This document shows, one piece after another, positions 61,961 through 64,000 of a stretch of 64,000 nt of DNA. Source of the DNA: Sporopachydermia quercuum (lineage: Eukaryota); contig BCGN01000006.1 in the NCBI GenBank assembly GCA_001599295.1, forward strand, positions 1,116,001 to 1,180,000, in the 5' to 3' direction. Made by a program: the position numbers and the translations under genes. Below the pieces are notes generated by a model. That model searched no databases. It was given only the letters and a program-made list of their open reading frames with translations, and had not been told where the DNA came from. Numbering within the stretch: position 1 is the stretch's first letter; every line of letters starts with the position of its first letter.

Positions 61961-62868
61961 TTACTCAGGTCTCTTATAAATATGAGAAGCTGAAGCTTGG
62001 TGACTGGGGAAAACCAATGTTTCAGCAATAACAGTATTTTCTCGTCTTGAAGTAGCGAAGACAATGATTTCAGCAATGTCTTGACCAATAAGAGGCTCAG
62101 ATCCTTTATATACATTGGCAGCAGCATTTTTATCTCCTCTGAATCTGACAATGGAAAATTCAGTTTCAACTGCGCCAGGGTCAACCTCAATGACTCTAAT
62201 TCTTGTATCAATCAGTTCTTTTCTCAATGAATGAGAAAATGATCTTACTGCTGCTTTAGTTGCACAGTAAATACCTCCACCAGGGTAAGGATCTCTGCCT
62301 GCAATTGAGCCCAAGTTAACGATATCTCCTCTGTTACGCTTCTTCATTCCTGGCAAAACAGCTTGGGTAGCTGCAATTAATCCTCGGACATTAGTATTAA
62401 ACATAATGTCAATATCATCCTGGGAGATATCACCTATTTTCTCAACGCCATGGACCATTCCACTAGATTTCAATCATAGTCAGTATACACTCATCAAATC
62501 AAGAAAAATCATTCAAACGTAAATTTACTCTTGCTTAGCAACAATCCATATTACACTTACGCATTGTTAATGAGAATATCAATTTCCTTGAATTCTTCTG
62601 GTAAATCCTCAACAAATTTAGTAACTTCACTGGCTTTTGAAACATCCAATTTAGCTGCCAACACTTTGATGTCCTTATACTTCGATTCCAAGTCAGCTTT
62701 AGTCTCTTCCAGTCTTTCAACTCTTCTGGCGGTTAAAATAAATTTAACCTGTCCATTTGATGCAGCGGCAAACTCGTAAACTGTGTCTTTTCCAATTCCT
62801 GCTGAAGCTCCAGTGACCAAAATGGTTTTGCCAGCTAATCTCTCGGCGGCTCTTGATCCATATGACAT
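61961..62868 (-). CDS. NADP-dependent 3-hydroxy acid dehydrogenase SDR (YMR226C/YdfG-like); exons 62868-62561 and 62462-61961; possible upstream in-frame ATG at 63183
   Basis: MSYGSRAAERLAGKTILVTGASAGIG; NNA|G spliced via GTAAGT 62560..TACTGAC..TAG 62463; YCATK; VETEFSIVRF. Confidence 0.92.
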
Positions 62869-64000
62869 TTCCGATGGATTTCTAGCTCTAGTACTACGTA
62901 TGCTACTAGTTGATGAACCTCGTTTGGAGAAACCTGTTGATATCCAACGAATCGACTGAATTGAATTCAATTGACAGGTTTTATTTTCACAATTATTGTA
63001 GTTATTGCAAATATTTATACCTTTATTTCCAATTCTTTGTTTATTGCTTTTCTCTCCTGAAATGAATAGATTAAACTTGGGGAGTCCCTGTGTTATAAAT
63101 GTCCTTTTTGATAGTAATTGATAGTCGAAGCTTATTTTTGCTCTATTTAAGCAACGGCGAATCTTCCCGACAGACTGGAACATTTTCCTGTTGTTCAGTA
63201 TTATACAGAAGGTGGTTTGCAAATGAGATGATAGTTGGAATTGACGATATTGTAATAGGATATTGAATAATGACTCTAGAGAATATGTAATAGATAAAGA
63301 AAGAGTTTACGAATAGGTTGTTACTAGGTGAGCTTTAGTTCTAGGGTTAAACAAAAGGAAAGAAAAGGAAAGGAAAGGGCTCTGAGAAGAAGAAAGCAGA
63401 TGGTATAGAATGGGAACTGGGAATGGGAATGTTCCAGCTACGCTCTATACAGATGATTTGGGATAGGAGGTTGAATGATTGACAAGAAACGATGATTTAT
63501 ATTTTCAGACTGTAGACGAGAAATAAATCGGTTTCTGGTTTCCACATCTTTAGTAGATAGAATAGAGAAAATACAGTATAATATACTATTGAATCAAATA
63601 TATATAAGTAGATCTTTCAAGCCACAGTTTGTTCCTGATAAGCAAAGTGTCAATTGAGTGCCATAGTATCAGGATTTATCTGGTTTGAATAGAAGTCAAT
63701 TGGCTTGAAATTAACCAGCTTGAGGATGAAACATTGTAACTACTGGATTGATCAACGTAGATCTCATAGAGTAATGCATATTTTGTTCGTTGATTAGCTC
63801 ATTCATTCAATCAACTGCTCAATAGATGGGGAGATTATATGGGGAATCGATTGCTGCCATATACAGTACATTACTCGCAAGCGCATACTAAATCTAGTAA
63901 CTGATTAAGGTGAAGCAGAAAGTGTACGGAAGAACTGGGTAATTAATGATTATTTGAACCAAGTTTGAAAGAAGCACCCGTCGCAATCCGTCGGGAGATT

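Overview
Eukaryotic, AT-rich DNA from an intron-rich budding yeast (Saccharomycotina). CTG codons fall at conserved Leu positions, so the standard code fits. About 18 apparently intact genes are present, most with recognisable yeast homologues: a bZIP/AT-hook protein, FCY2-type permease, an orphan ORF, SPP1, HAT2/MSI1-type WD40, ADH6/7, REG1, VPS54, PalH/DFG16, G-patch CMG1-like, ETP1, PRS3, HAD pseudouridine-5'-phosphatase, TUL1, ERG25, CRD2-type metallothionein, ICT1/ECM18 hydrolase and a YMR226C-type SDR. At least four are spliced, and their exons were reconstructed by hand. The main finding is at 1235-4641 (-). Several ORF fragments join into one ancestral ~1,130-aa RNase III gene with budding-yeast Dicer (Dcr1) architecture: NTD, RNase III, dsRBD1 and a second C-terminal dsRBD that the ORF track misses. 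It is broken by about 10 nonsense and frameshift lesions, while the catalytic core ORF stays open. This looks like a Dicer caught in decay (possible recent RNAi loss, or trimming to an Rnt1-like enzyme). Nearby is a ~6 kb gene-free, ambiguity-rich AT tract with hairpins, a palindromic tandem repeat and possible coding relics, next to an orphan NLS-bearing ORF. All homology calls come from motif recognition, not database searches.
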